Positions 19,557 through 29,541 of a stretch of 64,000 bases of DNA are shown piece after piece; within the stretch, counting starts at the first letter, position 1; each line of letters starts with the position of its first letter. The notes under the pieces were generated by a model, which was given only the letters and a program-made list of their open reading frames with translations, was not told where the DNA came from and ran no database searches. This stretch comes from Bacilli bacterium (lineage in GTDB: Bacteria; Bacillota_I; Bacilli_A; RF39; UBA660): NCBI GenBank assembly GCA_016283935.1, contig JAEENX010000013.1, forward strand, positions 24,730 through 88,729. The letters are read 5' to 3'. The translations under genes and the position numbers were made by a program.

Positions 19557-21292
19557 TAATCATTACTCCCTTCTACATAATAAAATTCAATATTTTGAAA
19601 TGGTAAATTAATTGCTTGTATATGATAATAAGCATTATTTTTTTGTTTATTATAATGATAATCTCTTAAACTACTTGTAGTAAAAAATATATTATTAGGA
19701 TTTTCATCTGAATAATAATCTTTATATTCTTTAATATAATTACTTATATCATATTTATAATAATCTTTTTTATCACTTTTAATATTATCTAATACACCTT
19801 TATAAATTTGATTTGTATTTATATGTCTTTGTTTAGTTCTACCTTCATCTCCATATGTAACTAAATTACCTGATAATAACATAATATATAATGAATTATT
19901 TTCAGGATAATCACATACTTCTTCAATTAAATGTTTTTTCATATAAATAAACACTTTAGATTCAGGTGTAACATAAATGATATCTCTATTATTTTTTAAT
20001 ATTTGAGATTCTAATTTATATTCTTCACCATCTATATTTAATATAAATGAATCAGGATCATATATATATTTAAGATTCTTGTCTTCATTTATAATATCTT
20101 TTATATCTGGATATAAATTATTTTTATTTTCAGGATAATACTTACTATTATCTCCTAATCTCATATTACTTAAATAAACTGGAACAAATTCATTGTTAAT
20201 ATCTTGTTCATAGTTTCTATCTTTATACATTCTTTGTTGTAATAAACAAGTATAACTTTTATTTGTTTTATATGTATTTTTTACAAATGGACAACCTGTC
20301 TTACATAAATATAAATATCCACATTTAGAACAATCTTCATTAAATTCCATTTTGTTATGATTTCTAAAAATTTTACCTAATGCTGTTTCTAATATATCTT
20401 CTACAGTATTATCATATATATTACCATAATAATAATCTTTATTCTTTTGTCCTCTTACACATGAATAAATATCTCCATTTTTTTCAAGTAAGAAAAACTT
20501 AGAACCACAGTTATCACAATTAGAGCAATAACCAGGTCCAAATTCATCAAACCAAGGTCCATTTACTCCTGCATCTAAATCAGTATTATCAAATTCTTCA
20601 TGCATTCTTTCATATAATTTAATTTGTTCTTCTTCTGTTATATGATGTAGTATTCCATTTGAATTATAATCAAATCCAATCATAAAATTAAAATCATTCA
20701 TATCTAAACTTGTATTTTTATTTAACCATTTTATATCTTCAACAATATCATCTAAATATTCAAAATGTTCTTTAAAAATAGTTGCAGATACTTTCTTTTT
20801 ATTAGGAATATCTTTCATCAATTCAAGATTAGATAAAATCTTATCTAATGTTGTTTTATCACCTTTAGTTACACGATATTTATCATGTAATTTTAAAGGT
20901 AAATCTAAACTTCCAGATATTGATACGTTAAATTCTTTTATAGTATCTATATGTTTATCTAAAGCATACATATTAGTTTTAATATGTGGATTACCAACAT
21001 TAAATCCTCCAGCTTTAATAATATCTTTATTTTCATTATAATAATCACTTATTAATTTAATAATATCATGGAATGATTCTTTACTTAATGTTGTAACTTC
21101 TCCTCCATGAAGTGAAATATTAAATGGTATAACATTACTCTTTTTAAACTTTTCTATAGCATATTTTAAAGTGTCTACTTCATTATATTTAGTATTAATA
21201 TCTTTAGTATTATCTTCTAAGTAACAATACTTACATTGCATATTACAAGCCATAGTTGGAACATACAATAAATGTATAAATTTATAATCCAT
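19556..21292 (-). CDS. Radical SAM/SPASM domain protein with C-terminal extension
   Basis: CNMQCKYC, HGGE, SLD, SPASM cysteines CSNCDNC...YSC...CSKCGYLYLCKTGCP...TC; about 200 extra C-terminal residues. Confidence 0.92.
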   Translation of the reverse strand: MDYKFIHLLYVPTMACNMQCKYCYLEDNTKDINTKYNEVDTLKYAIEKFKKSNVIPFNISLHGGEVTTLSKESFHDIIKLISDYYNENKDIIKAGGFNVGNPHIKTNMYALDKHIDTIKEFNVSISGSLDLPLKLHDKYRVTKGDKTTLDKILSNLELMKDIPNKKKVSATIFKEHFEYLDDIVEDIKWLNKNTSLDMNDFNFMIGFDYNSNGILHHITEEEQIKLYERMHEEFDNTDLDAGVNGPWFDEFGPGYCSNCDNCGSKFFLLEKNGDIYSCVRGQKNKDYYYGNIYDNTVEDILETALGKIFRNHNKMEFNEDCSKCGYLYLCKTGCPFVKNTYKTNKSYTCLLQQRMYKDRNYEQDINNEFVPVYLSNMRLGDNSKYYPENKNNLYPDIKDIINEDKNLKYIYDPDSFILNIDGEEYKLESQILKNNRDIIYVTPESKVFIYMKKHLIEEVCDYPENNSLYIMLLSGNLVTYGDEGRTKQRHINTNQIYKGVLDNIKSDKKDYYKYDISNYIKEYKDYYSDENPNNIFFTTSSLRDYHYNKQKNNAYYHIQAINLPFQNIEFYYVEGSND

Positions 21293-21296
21293 GATG

Positions 21297-23132
21297 TCAT
21301 CTCCAAACTTTGTAAAAATATACAACTATTTCAGAAGTGTCTGTTGATTCAAATTCAATATAATTAGTATCATTTATATAATATTTATAATTTTCTATAA
21401 ATAAAATATCTTTATTAACTGATCCATATATTACTATCTTATGAAGACCTTTAGCAGCATTATAAGAATAGTAATCTAAACTAATTGTTCCATATTCAGG
21501 TAAAGTATATGATTTAACATCATTTAATTCTAAATTCATAGTTCCTGATAAATAATCTTTATCTGAACCGTATTTAGATATTTTAGTATATGAACCTTTA
21601 AATGAATTAGATTCATATATTGTATATATAGGTAAAATTATTTCTTTTAATGATGTACATTCTCTAAATGCAGATGATCCAATTTGAGTTAAAGAACTAT
21701 GTTCAGATATACTAACTTCACTTAATGAATCATCACCATGGAACGCATGTCCACCTATTCTAGTAACTGAATCAGGTATAACAATTTTCTTTAATGATGT
21801 ACATCCTTCAAAAGTATTTCCTTTAATTTCTTCAAGTGGCATTTCATATGTGAAATTAACTTCTTCTAACTTAATACAATGATAGAATGATTCACCACCT
21901 AAATACTTAAGATTAGCAGGTAAATGAACTTTCTTTAACAAGAAATCATTTTTAAACGCTTCTCCTCTAATTTCATATATACTATCAGGCAAATAAACTT
22001 CATTTAATAAAGGCATATTTGAAAAAGCATTACCTCTTAAAGAAATAACTTTTTTACCATTATGTTCATCAGGAATTGTAGCATGAGTTAAACTACTCCA
22101 GCCAGTAAAGTAAAATCTTACAGCATATCCATCTTCCAATGGTTCATATAATATAATTGGATCTTTAAATACAATTAAACTAATTAATACTACCAAGATA
22201 GGTAATATTATTCTAGTAACAATCTTTTCTTTAGGAACTAAATTTTCTTTTAAAGCACCTATAATATTATCTATATTTTCATTTGGTCTAGCTTTAACTT
22301 CTTTATATAAGAAATTATATAAGTCAAATTTATTCTTTTTAATAAAGAATAAAACTAATATTAATAATCCTATTGCATATATTCCAATTGATACATGATA
22401 GAATATTAAACCAATAAATAAGAATAATAGAATACAAAAAATAATATCTAAAACAATATATCTAACTTTTTCACTTCTAGGTATTAATTTACTTTTAGGA
22501 TCTAATCCTAAACTATTACATTCATTTAAAATTATAAGTCTAATAAGTTCTTGTTCTGATTTAGCATACATATTATCAAAAGATTTTAATTGCATTGCTA
22601 ATTCAGGAGCATCTTTCTTTTCTACTTTAACATTATTACCTTGTACATCAGCACCACATGCTCCACAATATTTATTATTAACAGTAATTCTATTACCACA
22701 TTTTAAGCATTTAATAATTAAACCTTTTTCAGTATCACATCCTTCAATTACTTTTGAAGGATCAACATTGATAGGATCATTTACTTTTCCACCAAATCCA
22801 ACTGATGACATAAAAAACATAGCTGGAAAGCCAATGATAAATATTGAAAAGAAACCAATAGCCATACCTACTACACCAAAAGCATCACATATAATAGCAT
22901 TTAATCCAACTAAAATAAAATAGTATTTAATTGTATCTTTACTAGCAAATTTAAACATACTATTTCTAGAAGACATTATAGGCATAAGAATAAAAACAAG
23001 ATGAAAAATACTAATAAATAATGCATATCCAAAAGCAGGAATTTCATCTAAATCATTTGAACTTGACTTTGCAAAAACAATAGTAGGTATTAATAAACAA
23101 ATAAGTAAATATAATAGATATCTTTTTTTCAT
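21297..23132 (-). CDS. Multi-TM protein with zinc ribbon and BspA-type leucine-rich repeats
   Basis: Signal peptide (VFA), several TMs, CLKC..CGAC, repeats like LKKIVIPDSVTRIGGHAF. Confidence 0.85.
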   Translation of the reverse strand: MKKRYLLYLLICLLIPTIVFAKSSSNDLDEIPAFGYALFISIFHLVFILMPIMSSRNSMFKFASKDTIKYYFILVGLNAIICDAFGVVGMAIGFFSIFIIGFPAMFFMSSVGFGGKVNDPINVDPSKVIEGCDTEKGLIIKCLKCGNRITVNNKYCGACGADVQGNNVKVEKKDAPELAMQLKSFDNMYAKSEQELIRLIILNECNSLGLDPKSKLIPRSEKVRYIVLDIIFCILLFLFIGLIFYHVSIGIYAIGLLILVLFFIKKNKFDLYNFLYKEVKARPNENIDNIIGALKENLVPKEKIVTRIILPILVVLISLIVFKDPIILYEPLEDGYAVRFYFTGWSSLTHATIPDEHNGKKVISLRGNAFSNMPLLNEVYLPDSIYEIRGEAFKNDFLLKKVHLPANLKYLGGESFYHCIKLEEVNFTYEMPLEEIKGNTFEGCTSLKKIVIPDSVTRIGGHAFHGDDSLSEVSISEHSSLTQIGSSAFRECTSLKEIILPIYTIYESNSFKGSYTKISKYGSDKDYLSGTMNLELNDVKSYTLPEYGTISLDYYSYNAAKGLHKIVIYGSVNKDILFIENYKYYINDTNYIEFESTDTSEIVVYFYKVWR

Positions 23133-23171
23133 ATTCTCACCTAGTATAATTATAACATAAAAAAGAAGAGA

Positions 23172-24401
23172 TTAATTATCAATCTCTTCAATATTAATAC
23201 TTCTAGTATGTTTAATTTCTTTCCATTTAGAATCTCTTTTAATTAAACACTTAATATTAATTGGTACCCAAGTTAATAAGAATAATGGGAAGAATAAAAT
23301 ACCCCAAATTAAACTCATAACTTTATTATTTCTATTATATTTAACAATAAATACATTTAATACAATATTACCAATATATCCTAAAATAAAGAATAATACA
23401 CCAAATGCAAAGAAATATGAGAATATATCTACTAACTCTATACCAAATGTTCTAAATAGAATTAAAACAATCATAAGAGCAAATCCTAATATTTGGAACA
23501 TAGGAGCAAAGAATAATAAAGCCATATCTAATGCAGCTATATTATGATTTTTAAAGAATGCTTTGATTAATCTTAAATCATATCTAGCAAAGCATTGTAA
23601 GTTACCAGTTGTCCATCTACTTCTTTGAATCCAAGATGCACCAAATTGTAATGGTTGTTCATCATAAGTAATAGCATCTTCTACGAATGCAATTCTTCTA
23701 TTCTTTATTGCACATTGTGCAGTAAATTCAACATCTTCAGTTAATGTATAAGTTTGGAATCCTTCAGCTTCAATAACTGATTTCTTAATCATGAAACCAG
23801 TACCATTAATAGAAGCAGAACCATTTATATGCATTCTTGCTCTATTAAAGAAGAAGTTTTGAATCCAATAGAATATAGAATAAGATCCAGTAATCCAGTT
23901 ATCTCCTGCATTCTTAGAATCTCTATATCCTTGAGCAACTTCATAACCATCACATAATGTATCATTCATTCTTCTAACAAAGTTTTTATCAACAATGTTA
24001 TCTGAATCGAAAATAATATATGCATCATAATCTTTATCTTTTAACTTATCAAAAGTAAATTTTAATACTTCACCTTTACTCTTAACTGGAATAGTTACAT
24101 TTATAATTTTAGCTCCTGCCTTTTTAGCAGCACCTTCAGTATCATCAGTACAGTTATTAGGAATAACATATACATCGAATAATTCTTTAGGATAATCTTG
24201 TCTTAATAAAGATTTAACTAATGAAGGAACAACTTGTTCTTCATTACGAGCTGCAATTAAGCATGCAATTTTATATTTTTCCTTATGTTTCTTTATTATT
24301 GATTTATGCATTCCTTTAAATCCCCATAGAGATGTAATAAGGAAATACATTGAATATAATAAACAAAATATAAATAGTACATAATAACAAATTACTACCA
24401 T
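23172..24401 (-). CDS. Family 2 membrane glycosyltransferase (CesA-like)
   Basis: AARNEE, DSD, TED and QRSRW motifs; flanking TMs. Confidence 0.92.
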   Translation of the reverse strand: MVVICYYVLFIFCLLYSMYFLITSLWGFKGMHKSIIKKHKEKYKIACLIAARNEEQVVPSLVKSLLRQDYPKELFDVYVIPNNCTDDTEGAAKKAGAKIINVTIPVKSKGEVLKFTFDKLKDKDYDAYIIFDSDNIVDKNFVRRMNDTLCDGYEVAQGYRDSKNAGDNWITGSYSIFYWIQNFFFNRARMHINGSASINGTGFMIKKSVIEAEGFQTYTLTEDVEFTAQCAIKNRRIAFVEDAITYDEQPLQFGASWIQRSRWTTGNLQCFARYDLRLIKAFFKNHNIAALDMALLFFAPMFQILGFALMIVLILFRTFGIELVDIFSYFFAFGVLFFILGYIGNIVLNVFIVKYNRNNKVMSLIWGILFFPLFLLTWVPINIKCLIKRDSKWKEIKHTRSINIEEIDN

Positions 24402-24474
24402 GAATATTTCACCTCATTTATGTCTTATACAATTATATAACAATTTACTCAAATAATATACACTAAATTGATAA

Positions 24475-26328
24475 TTATTGTTTTATAATTGCATTTCCTC
24501 CATATGGAGTAAGTACATCTTTTGTACTTTTTCTTAGTTGGTAAACCTTATTACTATCCTCATATTTAAACGGAATATTAATGATTTTATCTTCATCAGT
24601 TCTATTAATTGATATTAAAGCATCTCCATCAGAACTTGTTCTTTCAAACATAAAATAATCTTTAGTTATATCAACAATATTCATATCAGCTTTCTTTAAA
24701 AATTGTTCTTCTTTTCTTATATCACCCATAGATTTAACAAATTCAACTAAATCTTGATCTTCTCTACCCCATGGGAATGGTTGTCTATTAAGTAAATTAC
24801 CTAATCCTACAACACCAGCTTCATCTCCATAGAAAATTGATAATATTCCAGGCATGAAGTTCATACAAAATAAATATGTTTTAAATAATTCTTTACCTTT
24901 TTGGTATTCTTCTTCACTTAATTTATAATTATTTAAATAGTCATAATTACTATTTCTACAATTCCAAGCCCATTCAGAATATTCTTCAAATTCATTACTA
25001 CCAAATATATTTATAGGTCTAGATATATCATGAGTTGAAGTAAAATTCATTAAAGTTTCAATAGAACCTTTTGGATATTCATTTAATATATCTTGAATTG
25101 TATATCTTAATTTAGAAACATCACAATATTTAATATATCTAATTAAAGCATCTACTAATGGATAATCCATATGAGAATCCATACCTTTACCTGAAGAAAT
25201 ATAACCACGATTCATTTTCATAGCATTCTTCCATACTTCTCCTAGAATAAATCCATCTTCTTTATTTCTTTTAACTGCTCTTCTAATTCCTTCAATAAAT
25301 TCATCAGATAATTCATCGGCAACATCTAGTCTAAGCCCATCTATTCCTAAATCAAACCATTTATCTATTACACCATTTTCACCATAAATGTAATTTTGCC
25401 AATTCTTAGAATTTCCATCACATACAGGTAAATTAGGCATTCCCCACCAATGATCAAAATAGATTTTTCCATTAGTAGGATCTTCATGTTTTCTATAGAA
25501 AGTTCCATAATAAGAATTCTTTGGATCTTGATATGCACCCACATTATCATATGTTCCTAATTCATTAAAATATTTTGAATCATTTCCTGTATGATTAAAT
25601 ACAGCATCAAGTACTATCTTCATTCCTAATTTATGTGCTTCATCACATAATTGTTTCAAATCATCATTTGTTCCAGCATAAGGATCAACATGTTCATAAT
25701 CTCCTGCATCATATCTATGATTAGATTGGCTTCTAACAACAGGACTTAAATAAATAATATCAGTTCCTAAAGATTTTATATAATCAAGTTTTTGAATAAT
25801 ACCTTGAATATCTCCACCATAAAAATCTGTATTCCATTCACCTTGTTCATTAGGCCCACTTACAAGTTTATCATTCCATGAATTATGAATTGATCTATTT
25901 TCCATAGGTTGCATCTTTTTACGAGATCCTCTTTTGAATCTATCAACAAAAATATGATACATCATAGCACCCTTAGCCCATTCAGGTGCATCATAATTAA
26001 CAGATATTTTATCTAAAGTATTATTGTCTAAGAAATCAACAGTTTCTTTAAATCTATTTAAATACATTCTTCTATGATTAACATTGAATGTAAAAAAGAA
26101 TCTATAAATAGCTTTGGTTTCAAGGAAAACATCGCCTTTAAAATATACACAGTTTCCATCATGATAATAGAAAGGAATCTTATAACTACTATTTCCACTA
26201 TCACTACAAGTAACTAAATACAAATCATCATACCATCCTAAACTCATAGGTAAAGTAACTTGTACTCTATAATTACACCCTAATTCATTCTTTTCAAGTT
26301 CTTTAATAGTATAATCTCGTTGTTCCAT
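24475..26328 (-). CDS. GH13 glycoside hydrolase (neopullulanase/cyclomaltodextrinase-like)
   Basis: DAVFNH, GLRLDVA, GEVW, THD catalytic regions. Confidence 0.93.
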   Translation of the reverse strand: MEQRDYTIKELEKNELGCNYRVQVTLPMSLGWYDDLYLVTCSDSGNSSYKIPFYYHDGNCVYFKGDVFLETKAIYRFFFTFNVNHRRMYLNRFKETVDFLDNNTLDKISVNYDAPEWAKGAMMYHIFVDRFKRGSRKKMQPMENRSIHNSWNDKLVSGPNEQGEWNTDFYGGDIQGIIQKLDYIKSLGTDIIYLSPVVRSQSNHRYDAGDYEHVDPYAGTNDDLKQLCDEAHKLGMKIVLDAVFNHTGNDSKYFNELGTYDNVGAYQDPKNSYYGTFYRKHEDPTNGKIYFDHWWGMPNLPVCDGNSKNWQNYIYGENGVIDKWFDLGIDGLRLDVADELSDEFIEGIRRAVKRNKEDGFILGEVWKNAMKMNRGYISSGKGMDSHMDYPLVDALIRYIKYCDVSKLRYTIQDILNEYPKGSIETLMNFTSTHDISRPINIFGSNEFEEYSEWAWNCRNSNYDYLNNYKLSEEEYQKGKELFKTYLFCMNFMPGILSIFYGDEAGVVGLGNLLNRQPFPWGREDQDLVEFVKSMGDIRKEEQFLKKADMNIVDITKDYFMFERTSSDGDALISINRTDEDKIINIPFKYEDSNKVYQLRKSTKDVLTPYGGNAIIKQ

Positions 26329-26365
26329 GTCCCCACCTACAATAATTATACACCTAATAAAGGAT

Positions 26366-26396
26366 AAAAAAAAGAGACTAAGTAGTCTCTTTTTTG
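26366..26396 (-). terminator. Intrinsic terminator after dltC-like gene
   Basis: AAAGAGACTA-AG-TAGTCTCTTT hairpin with T-tract on the minus strand. Confidence 0.75.
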
Positions 26397-26602
26397 ATTA
26401 ATTCTTCAATACCTTTTATTGTTCTAAGTTTATTACGATCTATTCTTGTAGGATAAATAGTAATTCCTTCATCTTCCAATCTTGATAGTAATTCTATAAA
26501 CACATAGGAATCTATAACACCAGATTCAATCAAATCAATATTTTTATCTTTTACTCTTTCATCTTCAGTAATTTCTAATAATAGTTTTTCAACATCTATC
26601 AT
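26378..26602 (-). CDS. D-alanyl carrier protein-like (DltC-like)
   Basis: DLIESGVIDS phosphopantetheine site; ATGA overlap with adenylation gene. Confidence 0.85.
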   Translation of the reverse strand: MIDVEKLLLEITEDERVKDKNIDLIESGVIDSYVFIELLSRLEDEGITIYPTRIDRNKLRTIKGIEELIKKETT

Positions 26603-27936
26603 AAATTCATCATAGCCTTTCTATCAATTTTTCCATTTTCATTAACTGGAAAATGATCTACTATTTCAATACTATTAGGCATCATATAACTCGGTATTAA
26701 TTTATTTAATTCTTCATAAATATAATCTAATGATTTACTTGTAATAACGAATAACTTAATTGATTTAACTGTATTATTATTCATTTTAGCTATAGCAATA
26801 GAATCTTTTACTCCATCAATCTTATTAGCATTATTTTGTATATCGTCTAATTCAATTCTATATCCTTTAAACTTTATTTGATTATCTTTTCTGCCCTTAC
26901 AATATAGAAGATTATTATCTATATAACCAAGATCACCAGTATAGTATTTATCAATGCTATTACCATTAATATATCCATTAAATACACTAGGACCAGATAA
27001 TACTATTTCATCATCTACTATTTCTATTTTAGTAGCTGATGTATTTATATCACCACATGGTAATAAATCATAATCTAACATTGATTCATCAATTAAAATT
27101 GCAGAAACTGCTGATGTAGCTTCTGTAGGCCCATAGGCATTTATAATATTTATATTTGGAAACTTATTATATATTTTTTTGACTAAATTAACATCTAATT
27201 GTTCTCCACAAAAATAAACACATTTAAATTTAGGATAATTACTTTCATTAAAATCAGGATTCAATAAACACATTTTCATAAAGGTCGGAGTCATAACTGC
27301 AACATCAACATTTTCTAATATGTCATATATTTCAGAATAATTATCAAAACTTATATCAGTTCCATATAACGTATGACCATTAGTAATTGAATAATATATA
27401 TCAACATCGCTTAAATCAAAACTAAATGCAGCAGTATTTAAAACATTAATATTTTTATAATCATTTAATGGATTAAGACTATTAATCCAATTAATGAAAT
27501 TATTAAGATTATCATAAGAAATAGGAACTCCCTTAGGTTCACCTGTACTACCAGAAGTAAAAATAATATAAGCTATATTATTATCATTACTTATGATATC
27601 TAAATCTTTATATTTATCTAAAACTTTTAAATCATCTGCAATGATAATAGAAGAATTTGTTAATTCTTTTATTTTATTAAGTCTATCAATAGGTATACAT
27701 TTACCAATTGGTACATATGCTCTTTTAGCATATAAACAAGAAAAAATCATAATAAAAGAATCTATTGATTTATCAGAATATATAATTACAGGACTATTGC
27801 CTTCTCTTTTTAATAAGTTACCATAATATAAAATCTTTTCATATAATTCTTTATAAGTGATTTTTTTATCATTAATAATAAAAGCTATATTATTTGGATA
27901 CTTTTGTGCGTTTTCTTGTAGTTTTTTTATTATCAT
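26599..27936 (-). CDS. DltA-like amino acid adenylation enzyme
   Basis: YIIFTSGSTGEPKG, FSFDLS, FCGE, YGPTEAT, YYTGD, GYRIEL, NGKIDR. Confidence 0.88.
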   Translation of the reverse strand: MIIKKLQENAQKYPNNIAFIINDKKITYKELYEKILYYGNLLKREGNSPVIIYSDKSIDSFIMIFSCLYAKRAYVPIGKCIPIDRLNKIKELTNSSIIIADDLKVLDKYKDLDIISNDNNIAYIIFTSGSTGEPKGVPISYDNLNNFINWINSLNPLNDYKNINVLNTAAFSFDLSDVDIYYSITNGHTLYGTDISFDNYSEIYDILENVDVAVMTPTFMKMCLLNPDFNESNYPKFKCVYFCGEQLDVNLVKKIYNKFPNINIINAYGPTEATSAVSAILIDESMLDYDLLPCGDINTSATKIEIVDDEIVLSGPSVFNGYINGNSIDKYYTGDLGYIDNNLLYCKGRKDNQIKFKGYRIELDDIQNNANKIDGVKDSIAIAKMNNNTVKSIKLFVITSKSLDYIYEELNKLIPSYMMPNSIEIVDHFPVNENGKIDRKAMMNL

Positions 27937-28765
27937 CTGAATCATTCCTTATTTGATCCTTAGGAATTAATTTGTAATCATACATTACCTTCGAATGATT
28001 ATCTAATATTAATTCTTTGTTTATTTCTTTCTTAGTCTTTTTATCTATAGTAATTCTATATACTTGAGAAATCCTATAATAAAAATCTCCTTCTTTTCTA
28101 AAATGATGATTTTCTTCAACTAACTTATATCTATAAGGTAATTCTTTTTCACTTCTAAGTTCACCACATAAATCGCCATTTTCTACCCATACTAGAATTT
28201 GAACATCTTGATCTAAGTTATTAACAAATCTATAGTCAACACTATTAAAACTAACGGATGTTCCAGTTCCAAATGGAACTCTTCTTCTTTCATCTGGGAA
28301 TAGAGCATCACTATGATGATGTAACTCTGTAACTTCAAGTGAACTATTTAAAACTAACCAGTGAATCATATTACCCATTTGGCATAATCCACCACCAACA
28401 CCAGACTTAAATCCATGTCTAGTAATTATAAGTCCATCTTTATATCCTTTTTTATAAGTAGGATTACCAACTAATTTCCAAAAAGAAAAAGTTTCACCAG
28501 GATGAATAATAATCCCATTTATTCTTTTACAAGCTAATTCAATATTAGTAACTTTATTTTCTTGTAATTTAATATCTACTCCATGTAATTTTCTAACAAT
28601 TATACTACTATGGCTTTTTATAATATTTGGTAATTCTTCATTAGATTTAACCTTAGCAAATCTTTCAGAACTATAAAAGTCTTTTATATTTCTTAATAAT
28701 TTTTCCTTGAATAGAGATATTCTATAACAAGTAGGATTTATTTCACAAAATAGTTTACGTGCCAT
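27890..28765 (-). CDS. VanW family protein, no signal peptide
   Basis: PGETFSFW, GGGLCQ, HHHS..FP, GT, DYRF motifs. Confidence 0.88.
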   Translation of the reverse strand: MARKLFCEINPTCYRISLFKEKLLRNIKDFYSSERFAKVKSNEELPNIIKSHSSIIVRKLHGVDIKLQENKVTNIELACKRINGIIIHPGETFSFWKLVGNPTYKKGYKDGLIITRHGFKSGVGGGLCQMGNMIHWLVLNSSLEVTELHHHSDALFPDERRRVPFGTGTSVSFNSVDYRFVNNLDQDVQILVWVENGDLCGELRSEKELPYRYKLVEENHHFRKEGDFYYRISQVYRITIDKKTKKEINKELILDNHSKVMYDYKLIPKDQIRNDSDDNKKTTRKRTKVSK

Positions 28766-28824
28766 ATAATACCTCCCCTGACTTTATTAGTATATCATAA
28801 AAAAAGAGTTTGGATTTCAAACTC

Positions 28825-29508
28825 TTACAAATTATTGTTTATATTTGATTGGTTATCAACATTATTTTGAGTATCAGTTTGATTTTGATTATCCCAAGCA
28901 AATGGTTCGACATTTTGTACTGTAGTTTGAGTAGAATCTAATGGTTGAACATTTACAGCTGTATCTAGTGCTTTTTTGTGATTTTTTGTTACTATAATAA
29001 TTACTACTGCTAAGACTGCTACGAAAGCACCACCAGCAATTAATATAGCATAAATTCCACCACTCTTTTGGAAATCAACTATACCATTATTCTTTTTACC
29101 ATTCATAGATGAACTATCTTTATTAACAACATTCTTAGTAGTTGTACTAGTACTACTTGTTGTAGTTGTTTCAGTAGTTGTTGTTATTACGCTTGTTGTA
29201 GTTGTTGTAGTAACAGGCATTGTAGTTGTAGGAATATAAACATCATGTTGTTCTGGTACATTTGAATCTGTTGCATTTGCGTCTGTCGCATTTGCGTCAG
29301 TTGCATTAGCATCTGTTGCGTTTGAATCAGTTGCATTTGAATCTGTCGCATTTGAATCTGTTGCATCATCATATCCACTTCCATATAAATATCCTTGAAT
29401 AGCTTTTAAAGATACTGAATCTACATGATATCCAACAACGATACCAAGTGCAAATATTGCAATACCTCCAAATACTATTGCCATAATACTATTTCTTAAA
29501 TTATTCAT
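28825..29508 (-). CDS. Two-TM membrane protein with ATD(S/A)N repeats and Thr-rich stalk
   Basis: N-terminal TM, 7 pentapeptide repeats, poly-Thr tract, second TM followed by KNHKK. Confidence 0.85.
   Translation of the reverse strand: MNNLRNSIMAIVFGGIAIFALGIVVGYHVDSVSLKAIQGYLYGSGYDDATDSNATDSNATDSNATDANATDANATDANATDSNVPEQHDVYIPTTTMPVTTTTTTSVITTTTETTTTSSTSTTTKNVVNKDSSSMNGKKNNGIVDFQKSGGIYAILIAGGAFVAVLAVVIIIVTKNHKKALDTAVNVQPLDSTQTTVQNVEPFAWDNQNQTDTQNNVDNQSNINNNL
29260..29364 (-). repeat. Seven tandem 15-bp coding repeats
   Basis: ATDSN x3, ATDAN x3, ATDSN, with synonymous differences between units. Confidence 0.95.
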
Positions 29509-29541
29509 CTATCATCACTCCATATAATAAAATTATATTAT

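Noticed and set aside
26378..28765. Vancomycin resistance cluster or NRPS
   Set aside because: No vanH/A/B/X/R/S, and no condensation or thioesterase domain in the window
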